Assembly: GCF_009914755.1 (NCBI RefSeq)
Contig: NC_060926.1
From: the human T2T-CHM13v2.0 reference genome, Homo sapiens
Length of the DNA stretch: 64,000 bases
Strand: one strand, 5' to 3'
The position numbers and the translations under genes were made by a program. How positions within the stretch are numbered: the stretch's first letter is position 1; each line of letters opens with the position of its first letter. A model generated the notes under the pieces. It did not search any database. It was given only the letters and a program-made list of their open reading frames with translations, and was not told the DNA's origin. Below, piece after piece: positions 44,701-55,540 of the stretch.

Positions 44701-46392
44701 AGCTGCTCCCTCAAAAGTCAGTTGCTAGGCCTTTGGAAAAGCAAAAGATAAAGTATGATTGAGAGGCATCCTTTAAAAAAACCTACTTCAAGGTCAATTT
44801 GCTAATTCCTTTAGAAAATGAGTAAGTATGAAAAGGATCATTTTGAATTTGGGGCTTTCAGGAACTTCATTACTAAATTAAGACAGAAAGTACTTGATAA
44901 GGGAAAATACTTGATAATTGGACATTTTAGAAGCAAACTGACATTGGTGGGATAAATACATGGGATGGATTCAACTCAGCATTGTCTACGTTTAATGCCA
45001 ACTTTAACATCTCCAAATTACCCTAATAAGGCTATGACCTGAAAAATTCTCCTAAAGGAGAACAAAAGTGCTCTTCCATTTTTTCTCGTTTTAAAACATC
45101 TGTGAGCTTTCTAAACGAGAGGAATTCCCATATTTGAGGGGGAAAAACACATTTATTGCCTCATAATAAGTTTTATAGTCTCAGCTCCTTTATTCTTTCT
45201 CTTGTTCATAGAATCATATTTTTATTATGTTCTTTTAATACAACTAAAGTAAAATAAGCTTGCCTAAGTAGGAAAAGTTTTATTTAAATTTCGGAGGGTT
45301 ATATCATTCCCATCTAAAAATATGATCTCTACAAGTGGTTTGTGTACCCTAGGTAAAAAGACTAATCTAAATCATAAATATATGGCCAAAAACACAAAGC
45401 CATCATCAACCTCATTCCCTCTTCTTCTGCATGTGAGTTTTCTAAGGACTCTCCAGATTAAATGACTTGTTCCAAATTCTACAATCAGTTTGTGTCTATT
45501 TCAAGAACAGAATGCAGCTTTCCAATTTTAAATGTGATGCTTTTTTTATTTTCCATGCAAAATATTTTGTTTAAAAAAAACATTAAATTATCAAGTATTG
45601 GAAAGAATCCTCAGGTGTGCTGAATCTCCCTCTGGCTTCTGGCAGGTGACCACTTAAAGGCTACAATAACTTGATGTAGAAAAATCTTCATCTTGAGATG
45701 TTATCATTACCTCAGACTTCAACTCTAGCCACCACTCCCAAGTAACATAAATCTAGATTACACTGTGAAGTTAAAAATAGGTCAAGAGTCAACCAAACAA
45801 CTAAGAAGGCATTCTCTCAATCAAAATGACAATGAAGAAAAAGTGGCAAGTTTCATATCAAGAATGAGGAGAAAAATGCCTACTGTAACCTTTATGTCTG
45901 TTCCATTTGAATGACTTTCATGCCTTTTGTGTTTGTGCATGCCAGTTTATCAAGGATCATAGTGCCTTCAGCATCTCAATGAAGGCCTTTTTAGACTTTG
46001 TTTCAATTCTAAGAATTACGGGATTTGTCATCAGGCTACTTGAATATATGGAAAGTGGAGAGTTGATATACTGATAGGGATTTTTTTTTATTATTTTTGA
46101 AGCAAACAGGAATATGGAACAAAATATTTTGAAAATTAAGTCACCAGTATCTTCAAGTTTTCCCTTTACCAAAATTGAGAAAATAACAGCTGTTTTTCCT
46201 GATTCCATTACATGGTAGATACATTTTGTGTGCCTTGTGTAATTTTTCTCATTTTTCTTTATCAATATTAATAGATCAATGATCAATTATTATTGAGCAC
46301 TGATATGAGCTAAACTTTTTTTAGACTTTGCAAACACTGAGAGAATGGTATCTTTAATTTCTGATTTTTTTACTATATATAAATTATACTTC

Positions 46393-46456
46393 GAGATCGC
46401 ACCACTGCACTCCAGCCTGGGCGACAGAGCGAGACTCCGTCTCAAAAAAAAAAAAA
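46393..46456 (+). mobile_element. Severely 5'-truncated young Alu (3' ~50 nt plus poly-A)
   Basis: gagatcgcaccactgcactccagcctgggcgacagagcgagactccgtctc(A)n flanked by the perfect TSD aaattatacttc (46381-46392 / 46457-46468). Confidence 0.93.
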
Positions 46457-46834
46457 AAATTATACTTCAGTTTCATAATGTAGAAACGTGATGCTTTTTC
46501 TTAAAGAGATAACATGAGTGGGGCTATAAGGCTAATATATACAAAATACACACACACATACACACATCTATATGTGTGTGTGTGTATATACACACAAGCA
46601 CATACACACAGCCTCACATCCACATACATATACATGAACATTTATCTAGATGACAAACTATAGAATTGAGAACTCAATGGGGTGATATAGAGGTAGGTAG
46701 ATAGTAAGTTCTATAAATCAGTGAAAATTTGAGATCAATGAAACCTATCATAGTCAAAAACTGTTTACAGGAAGAAAACAAATGTGGGCTGTGCCTGATA
46801 GGGAGGACATAATAGGTAAGGGAAAGTACGTATA

Positions 46835-47383
46835 TTCTTTTATTTTTATGTTTATTTGTAATTAACACATAATAACTGTGTATATTTGTAAGATACATTG
46901 TGTTGTTAGATCTGTGTATACATTATAGAGACAATCAAGTCAATTAACATATCCATCACCTCCCCAACTTATTTTTATATGTGTGATGAGATGTTAAAAT
47001 TATACTATTTAAGCAATTTTGAAATACAAAATACATCATCATTAACTGTGGTCACCCTGCAGTGCAATAGATCACTAAAACTTATTCTTCCAGTCTAACT
47101 GAAGTTTTTTGTCCTTTGACCAACATCTTCTCTTTCCCCATCTCTCCCCGATTCCCTGTAATCTACTTTCTCTTTCTATGAGATTGACTGTTCTAGATTC
47201 CTCATGTAAGTGAATTTATAAAATATTAATCTTTCTGTGCCTGGCTTATTTCACTTAGCATAATGTGCTCCAGTTCCATCCATATTATCACAAATAACAT
47301 AATTCCCTTCCTTTTTTCAGCTGTGTAACATGCCATTGTGCATATATATATATGTGTGTATATATGTATCTGTATACATATAG

Positions 47384-47423
<40 letters not shown>

Positions 47424-49320
47424 GTATCTCACATTTTCTTTATCCATCCAGCCATTGATGGCAGGTGCTTTGGTTGCATCTGTATCTTGGCTATTCTGAG
47501 TAATGCTGAAATCCACATGAGAATGCAGATATCTCCTTCATATATGAATTTCAATTCCTTTGAATATATACCCAGAAGTGGGATTGCTGGATCATATCGT
47601 AATTCCAGTTTTAGCTTATTGAGGAACCATCAAACTATCTCCCAAAATAGCTGTACAAATATACATTTCCACCAACAGTGTACAAGGGTTCCCTTTTCTC
47701 CACATCCTCATGTGGAGAGTGAGGATTCGGAGAATAACTGTGAAATATAACACTTATTATCATTCATCTTTTTTATAATAGCCATTCTAATAGATGTGAG
47801 GTGATATCTCATGTGGTTTTAATTTCCATGTCTTTAATGATTAGTGATGTTTCACATTTTTTCATAGATGTTAGTGATTCATATCTTTTTTTGAGAATTA
47901 TCTGTTCAGATCACTTGCCTATTTTGAAATTGGGTTATTAATATTTTTGCTGTTAAGTTGTTTGAATTCCTTGTTTTTGATACTAGCTCTTTATCAGACA
48001 TATGGTTTGCATATATTTTCTCCCAGTCCATGAGTTGTCTCCTCACTCTGTTGTTTCCTTTGTTATGCAAGAGCTTTTTAGTTTGACACAATTTAATTTG
48101 TCTCTTTTTGCTTTTGTTGCCTATACTTTTGGAGTCCTAGCCAAGATATCATTGCCCAGACTAATATCATGGAGTTTTTTCCCCATGTTTTATTTGAGTA
48201 ACTTTACAGTTTCAAGTCTTATATTTAAGTCTATATTTTATCCAATTTGAGTTGATGTTTGTATATGGTGTGAAATAGTACAGTTTTATTCTTTTGCATG
48301 TGGATATCAAGTTTTCCCAATGTCACATATTAAAGACATTCTCTTTCCCTCATTATGTGTTCTTGCCACCTCTGTTGAAAATCAATTTATAAATACTTAG
48401 GTTTATTTCTGGGCTTTTGATTCTGTTTTACTGGTCTATGTGTTTGTTTTTATGCCAGTCCCATGCTTTTTTGATTTATAATAGCTTTATAGTGTATTTT
48501 GAAATCAGGAAATGTGATGCTCAAGCTTTGCTCTTTTTGTTCAAAATTTCTTTGGGTATTCAGAGTCTTTTCTGCTTCCATATGAACTTAAGGATTATTT
48601 TTTATATTTCTGTGAAAATAACATTGCAATTTTGATAGGTTTTGCATGGAATCTGTAGATTACTTTAGGTAATATGAACATTCTACCAATATTACCTGAC
48701 CATGGGATATATTTTTATTTATCTATGTCTTCAATTTTTTAGTCAATGTTTTATAATTTTCAATAAACACATCTTTCACCTCCTTGGCTAAATTTACTCC
48801 TAAGTATTTTTTATGTTATTGTAAATGGGATTGTTATTTTCCATTTCTTTTTAAGATAGCTCATTATTAATGTGTAGAAATACAAGTGATTTTTGTATTT
48901 TGATTTTGTGACCTACAAATTTGTTTATCAGTTCTAACAGTTTTTTTGGTGGAGCTTTTAGGGTTTTCTGCATATAAGATCGTGTCATCAGCAAACAGAG
49001 ATAATTTCACTTCTTCTTTTCATATATGATGTCTTTAGCTTATTCTTGCCTAAATGCTCTGGCTAGGATTTCAAGTGCTATGTTGAATATAAGTGGCAAG
49101 ATTGGGCATTCTTGTTGCTGACCTTACAGGACAAGCTTTCAGCATTTCACTGTTGAGTCTGATATTAGCTGTGGCCTTATCATACATGGCTTTTATTGTA
49201 TTGGGGTACATTTATTCTATACCTAGTTTTTTGAGAGTTTTAAACATAAAGCGATATTGAATTTGTCAAATTTTTCTGCTTCTACTCAGATGATCATGTG
49301 CTTTGGGTTCTTCATTTTGT
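46835..49320 (-). mobile_element. L1MA-like element, 3' UTR and 3' part of ORF2
   Basis: Antisense L1M 3' end (tgcaatagatcactaaaacttatt), cccagaagtgggattgctggatcat, tgtcatcagcaaacagagataattt; (TA)/(CA) microsatellite at 47340-47422. Confidence 0.9.
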
Positions 49321-49409
49321 TAGACATGCCTTACAAGAAGTACTAAAAGGAGTTATTCAACCTAAAGGAAAAGATACCCCTAAGTAGAAACAAAAATATA
49401 TAAAAATAT
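49321..49409 (+). mobile_element. Short L1 ORF1-end/inter-ORF fragment, opposite in orientation to the flanking L1
   Basis: tagacatgccttacaagaagtactaaaaggagttattcaa matches the recalled sense L1M ORF1 C-terminus (RPALQEMLKGVL-like). Confidence 0.65.
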
Positions 49410-50376
49410 GGTCAGAGTGGATGCAGGTGTGAGAGGGTCCAGCAGAAGGAAACATGGCTGCCAGCATGTTTGAGTCTATTAACAAGTTTGGCCTGGCCTT
49501 ATAGCTGTTGTAGGAGGCATGGTGAACTCTGCCTTATACAGTGTGCATGCTGGACACAGAGCTGCCATCTTTGACTGATTCTGTGGCATACAGGACATTG
49601 TGGTACAGGAAGGGACTCACTTTCTCATGCCATGGGTACAGAAACCAATTTTCTTTAACTGATGTTCTTGACCATGTAATGTGCCAGTCATCACTGGTAG
49701 CAAAGACTTACAGAATGTCAACATCATACTTTGTATCCTCTTCTGGCCTGTTGCTAGCCAGTTTGCGCACATCTTCACCAGCATCGGAGAGGACTACAAT
49801 GACTCTGTGCTGCCATCCATCACTACCAAGACCCTCAAGTCAGTGGTGGCTCACTTTGATGCAGGAGAACTGATCACCCAAAGAGAGCTGGTCTCCAGGC
49901 AGGTGAGTGATGACCTTACAGGTCATCTTTGGGCTCATCCACCCACCTTTGGGCAAGCAGCCACCTTTGGATGGCATGTCCTTGACACATCTGACCTTTG
50001 AGAAGGAGTTCACAGAAGCGGTGGAAGCCAAACAATTGGCTCAGCAGGAAGCAGAGAGGGCCAGATTTGTGGTGGAAAAGGCTGAGCATCAGAAGAAGGC
50101 AGCCATCATCTTTGCCGACGGCAACTCCAAGACAGCAGAGCTGATCCCCAACTCACTGGCCATGGCGGGGACAGTCTGATTGAGCTGTGTAAGTTGGAAG
50201 CAGCGAGACATTGCATTCCAGCTCTCATACTCTGGGAACGTCACCTACCTGCCTGTGGGGCAGTCCATGCTCCTCCAGCTGCCCCAGTGAGGGCCCACCC
50301 TGCCTTCACCTCTGAGGGCCAACTAGGCCACAGCCCAGTGATTCTTAACAATGCTTCCTTTTGCCCCCACCCCAGA
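49410..50376 (+). pseudogene. PHB1P4: Processed prohibitin 1 (PHB1) pseudogene; former CDS 49454-50290
   Basis: Intronless PHB1 copy with 5' UTR (gagggtccagcagaaggaaacATG), motifs [15 protein letters not shown] and [27 protein letters not shown], ending ...cagctgccccagTGA plus ~85 nt of 3' UTR. A 2-nt insertion gives TAG at 49502-49504, with further stops and frameshifts. The PHB1 origin is secure; the P4 number is from recall and less certain. Confidence 0.93.
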
Positions 50377-50862
50377 TTGGATGATTTCCAAATGACCTGT
50401 TTTCTAGTTCATCAATCCTTCTTCTGCTTGTTCTACTTGGCTGTTGAAACCCTCTTTTGAATTGTTATTATTATATTCTTCAGCTCAATAATTCCTGTTT
50501 GGTGTTTTCTAATATTTCCTATCTCCGTTTTAACGTTCAGTTTGCTCATGTGTTGCACTCCACACCTCAGTGAGCATCTTTATTACTGTTCTTTTGAACT
50601 GCCTATAAAGTAAATTCTATGTCTCCATTTCATCAAGGTTGGCTTCTAGAGATTTATCTTATCTTTTATTTGAAATGTATTTTCCTATTTCTTCATTTTC
50701 CTTGACTCTGTGGGATTCAGTACCTTAGATAAAAGAACCACCTCTCCCAGTCTTGCTAGACTGGTCTTGCGTTGGAGATATTCCTCCCAATTAGTATAGC
50801 CGGAGATTCTAGGTGCCTCAAAACACTTTGTTTGTCCAACCTGCTTTGCTTTTATTGGTCCC

Positions 50863-52556
50863 TGTATTAGTCCGTTCTCACACTGCTAGTAAAGACATAC
50901 CCAAGACTGGGTAATTTATAAAGGAAAGAGATTTAATTGACTCACAGTTCCACATGACTGGGGAGGCCTCACAATCATGGTGGAAGGCAAAGGAGGAGGA
51001 AAGTGACATCTTACATGGAGGCAGGAAAGAGCGCTTGTGTAGGATAATGCCCCTTTATAAAACATTGGATCTCATGAGACTTACTATCACAAGAACAGCA
51101 GCATGGGGGTAACCACCCCCATGATTCAAGTACCTCCCACCAGATTCCTCCCACAACATGTGGGAATCATGAGAGCTACAATTCACGATGAGATTTGGGT
51201 GGAGACAGAGCCAAACCATATTGTTCCACCTCTGGCCCCTCCCAAATGTGAGCCCCTCATGTCCTCACATTTCAAAACCAATCATGCCTTCCCAACAGTC
51301 CCCCAAAGTCTTAACTCATTTCAGCATTAACTCAAAAGTCCACAGTCCAAAGTCTCATCTGAGACAAGCCATGTCCTTTCTGCCTATAAGCCTGTATAAT
51401 CAAAAGCAAGTTAGGTACTTCCTAAATACAATGGGGGTACAGTCATTCAGAAAATACGGCTGTTCCAAATAGGAGAAATTGGCCCAAATGAAGAGGCCTA
51501 CAGGCTTCATGCAAGTCTGAGATCCAGTGGGGCAGTGAAATCTTAAAGCTCCCAAATGATTCCGTTGACTCCATATCTCACATCCAGGTCTTGCTGATGC
51601 AAGAGGTGGGTTTCCATGGTCTTGCGCAGCTCCACCATTGTGATTTTGCAAGGTACAGGGTACAGCTCCACTCCTTACTGCTTTCACAGGCTGGCACGGA
51701 GTGCCTTTGGCTTTTCCAGGACATGGTGCAAGCTGTTGGTGGATCTACCATTCTAGGGTCTGGAGGACGGTGGCCCTCTTCTCACAGATCCACTGGACAA
51801 TGCCCAGGGGGGACTCTGTGTGGGGGCTTGCACCCCACATTTCCCTTCCACACTGCTCTAGCAAGAGGTTCTCCCTGAGGGCTGCACCCCTGTAGCATAC
51901 CTCTATCTGGACATTCAGGCATTTTCACACATCCTCTGAAACCTAGGCAGAGGTTCCCAAACCTCAATTCTGGACTTCTTTGCACCCACAAGCCCAACAC
52001 CATGTGTAAGCCACCAAAGTTTGGGGCTTGCACCCTCTAAAGCAACAGTCTGAGCTCTACATTTGCCCCTTTTAGCCATGGCTGGGATGCAGAGCACCAA
52101 GTCCCAAGACTGCATAAAGCAATAAGGCCCTGGGCTGGCCTATGAAAAATTTTTTTGTCCTAAGTCTCCAGGCTTGTGATGGTACCAATTTACTATATTA
52201 GTCCATTCTCACACTGCTGATAAAGAAATACCCGAGACTAGGTGATTTATAAAGGAAACGGGTTTAATTGACTTACAGTTCCACATGGCTGGGGAGGCCT
52301 CACAAAATGGCAGAAGGCAAAGGAGGAGCAAAAGCACATCTTACAAAGCAGCAGGCAAGACAGCTTGTGTAGGGGAACTCCCCTTTATAAAACCATCAGA
52401 TCTCATGAGACTTACTCACTTTCAAGAGAACAGCACAGGAAAGACCCACCCCCATGATTCAATTACCTCCCACTGGGTTCCTCCCACAACACATGGGAAT
52501 CATGGGAGCTGCAATTCAAAATGTGATTTGGGTAGGGACACAGCCAAAGCATATCA
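50863..52556 (-). mobile_element. Two-LTR THE1 (THE1C-like) with an internal deletion: LTRs 50863-51223 and 52194-52556
   Basis: tgtattagtcc...atatca termini; TSD gtccc / atccc. The internal region is ~970 bp versus ~1560 bp (Alu removed) in the other copy, with the junction near 52181. Confidence 0.93.
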
Positions 52557-53533
52557 ATCCCCAAGAAATTAGTGATTGCCAAGTCATGCTATTGCCTTGA
52601 GAGAGTTGGAATAGCACCCAGTCTCTTGGGATTCAGCTAGAGAGGCTACAGTGTTAGAGGTGTGTTCCAGTTTCTTATTTTCTTGCAGAGAAGCTGAGAG
52701 CCAAAGTTTGTCCCACTTATTCTGTCCTTCACCAAGGAGACAGCCTGAAGCAGCTGCCTCTGCTCATAATCAGAATGCTCACTTTGAGTCTAGTGAGAGA
52801 GATGCTGAATATTTCCAAGTTTAAAAGTCTTTTCTTGTTCCCTGTGGTCTAGGAGACTCAGGAGTGCAGAGCTCTGTCAACTCCCATAGCTAGGTGATTT
52901 AAGAGCCATTCTCTTGGGTAAAGGCTATAAAAGTTGGGGCACTCAATGCATGCACAAGCTACTCCCAGTGAGAGTCTGCATATCTAGATTTACTGCCGGG
53001 GCAAGTCAGGGAAAAATATGCAGGGAGAGCCCACTCTCCCATTCAAACAAGTGGAAGTCTCACACCCTCCTAGCAGGGGAAGAATGTAGTCCAGAATTAT
53101 CACTGAAACAAAGCAGGGAAGAAGGTGCAGGGAATGCCTACTTTTCCATTCAGGAATGAAGAGGTCCTCCAGTCTCTCTTTAATGAGAGATTGCAGAAAT
53201 TTATCTCAAAAGCAAGCCAAGGAAGGAAGCAAGGGGCATGCCCACTCTCCTGTTAAGGCAAGCCGAACTTTTACATCTCTCTTGCCGGGGTAGACTGAGA
53301 TTACAGGAATTTATCTTAGGAGCAAGCCAGAGAAGAATGTACATACAGGACATGCCTTCCTTTCTGTTTAAGCTGGAGGCGGCTTATTCTTTATTGGCTA
53401 TGTAGGTTCCCAGATACTGGCTTGTTAAAAGGCCAGAACCACAGGAAGCTGATAGGAAAGCCTGAGACCAAATTTGGGGGAATTTAGAAGCTGGGCCAAT
53501 CCTCAGTGCTATAGCTGCTAGGAGGGCTCATGT

Positions 53534-54725
53534 TGTGTCCAGAATTGGTGGATTCTTGGTCTCACTGACTTCAAAAATGAAGCTGCGGACCCTTGCAGTG
53601 AGTGTTACAGTTCTTAAAGATGGTGTGTCTGGAGTTTATTCCTTCTGATGTTCGGACGTGTCTAGAGTTTCCTCCTTCTGGTGGGTTCATGGTCTCACTG
53701 GCTTCAGGAGTGAAGCTGCAACCTTCACAGTGAGTGTTACAGCTCTTAAAGGTGGCGCGTCTGGAGTTGTTTGCTCTTTCCGTCCAGAGCTGTTCGTCCC
53801 TCCCGGTGGGTTCGTGGTCTCGCGGGCTTCAGGAGTGAAGCTACAGACCTTCTCGGTGAGCGTTACAGCTCATAAAGGCAGCCCGGACCCAAAGAGTGAG
53901 CAGCAGCAAGATCTATCGTGAAGAGCAAAAGAACAAACCTTCCACAGCGTGGAAAGGGACCTGAGTAGGTTGCCGCGGCTGGCTTGGGTGGCCTTTTATT
54001 CCCTTATCTGGCCCCACCCACATCCTACTGATTGGTCCATTTTACAGAGAGCTGATTTGTCCGTTTCACAGAGAGCTGATTGGGCTGTTTTCACAGAGTG
54101 CTGATTGGTGCATTTACAATACTTTAGCTAGACACAAAATTTCTCCAAGTCCCCACCAGATTAGCTAGACACAGAGCACTGATTGGTGCGTTTACAAAAC
54201 CTTTAGCTAGACACAGAGTGCTGATTGGTGTGTTTACAAAACCTCTAGCTAGACACAGAGTGCTGATTGGTGCATTTACAATCCTTTAGCTAGACAGAAA
54301 AGTTCTCCAGGTCCCCACCCTACCCAGAAGCCCAGCTGGCTTCACCTCTCAATGGCACTCGCTGGGGGACTTTGCGGCACCTAGCCTGGGCACTCTGGCA
54401 GCCCAGAGAGAGCTTGTCCCCCAGTCAAGCCCAGCAGGTGCTGGCCGGCCACGCTGGGTGCGGGGCCCACCGAACCCATGCCCACCCAGAACCCGGCCGG
54501 CCCACGGGTGCTGCGTGCAGCCCCAGCTCCTGCCCGCACCTCTCCCTCCACACCTCCTGGCCAGACCAGGGAGCTGGCTCCCGCCTTGGCCAGCCCCAGA
54601 GAGGGGCCCCCACAGCACAGCGGCCTGCTGAAGGGCGCCTTGAGCTCAGCAAGAGCGGACGCTGAGGCCGAGGCCGAGGAGGTGCCGAGAGCAAGCGAGG
54701 ACTGCTAGCACGTTGTCACTTCTCG
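53534..54725 (-). mobile_element. Solo LTR12 (ERV9; LTR12D/E-like)
   Basis: tgtgtccagaattggtgg start, U5 repeats (gtgagtgttacag), ctgattggtg/agctagacaca repeats, CpG-rich U3; perfect 4-bp TSD atgt (53530-53533 / 54726-54729). Confidence 0.95.
53990..54300 (-). promoter_or_regulatory. LTR12 promoter/enhancer array: tandem CCAAT (NF-Y) boxes and AATAAA-type TATA box, antisense to GALNT13
   Basis: At least six gattgg motifs (CCAAT on the - strand) at 54030-54270 and ttttatt at 53994-54000. Function is inferred from known ERV9 LTR architecture. Confidence 0.6.
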
Positions 54726-55339
54726 ATGTGATTCAAACCTTTTTGTTTTTTCCTTTTATGTTTGAGATAAATCTTCTGATGCCCTCTCCCTGTGGTTCAT
54801 CAAGCATGGTGATTGAAGAGCCGAGCCCTCTGTAAAGACTGCAAAAGTTGGCACTTTATGTGTCGTACAAGCAAGCCCCTTACCCCTCAGGAAGAAGCTG
54901 GTAGTTGAGATTTTTCCTCTCAATTGTAAGGCTCTGTGCTCTGGGTGGAGCTAGTGTATGAGTGTATTTCTGCTTTCAATATCCATTTTGATGTGAGTAT
55001 TTCTCAGTAGTCTGGCATGTACGGGTCTTTCATCTGGATTTTGGCTTTCTCTTGGAGAGAACTGACTCATGTTTAGGTGTATACTAGATGTGTCTGTGGG
55101 ATGAGAGGTAGCCCAGAGCCTGCTCTTTCACCATGTTGCTGACATACCCTCATATATTATTTCATAATTTTAATTTCCCAAATTGTATCAAGTTATTAAA
55201 TTCCTCTCTATTTCACTGCCATCACCTTGGGCAAAGTCATTATCATCTCTGTTCTAGATTGTTGCAATAACTCCTCAATAAATCACTCATTTACTCAATT
55301 CCAATTCATTGCCAAATAAAAGCTAAGTATCTTTATGTG

Positions 55340-55540
55340 AATTAGTTTGCCTTAATCCTCATAACAATATTATTTTACCAGGTTTGCTGGGCTAGATTCT
55401 TCTAGTTTCATTTTATTATCTGAGACCCAAATCACAGAAAAATGACATAACTGAGGTCACCCAGCTAGTAAGTTGCAGAGCTAGGATATAATATCAGGAG
55501 CTATAGCCTCTACTCATAATCATTGTACTATATGGTCTCC
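55340..55540. mobile_element. MIR
   Basis: ttaatcctcataacaa...aggtcacccagctagtaagttgcagagctaggat. Confidence 0.6.

Larger units (their letters stand above)
50377..55150 (-). mobile_element. L1M ORF1 5' half and 5' UTR (pieces 50377-50862, 52557-53533, 54726-~55150), split by THE1 and LTR12
   Basis: atttccaaatgacctg...ttcttctgcttg...ctgttgaa...ttcttcagctc is antisense L1M ORF1. The 5' UTR assignment of the later pieces is less certain. Confidence 0.65.

Noticed and set aside
47710-47748. Possible NUMT or other foreign-DNA insert
   Set aside because: Most of it is explained as reverse-complement copies of the adjacent flank; no convincing mitochondrial match recalled.
49541-50460. Functional prohibitin retrogene
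   Set aside because: Stop at codon 17, more stops and frameshifts, and an internal scramble; PHB homology is split over several frames.
54025-54300. Regularly spaced ~41-bp repeats resembling a CRISPR-like array
   Set aside because: These are the normal LTR12 enhancer repeats; no unique spacers, no cas genes, and the DNA is mammalian.
54340-54715. CpG-rich patch as a gene-associated CpG island
   Set aside because: It lies entirely within the LTR12 U3 region.
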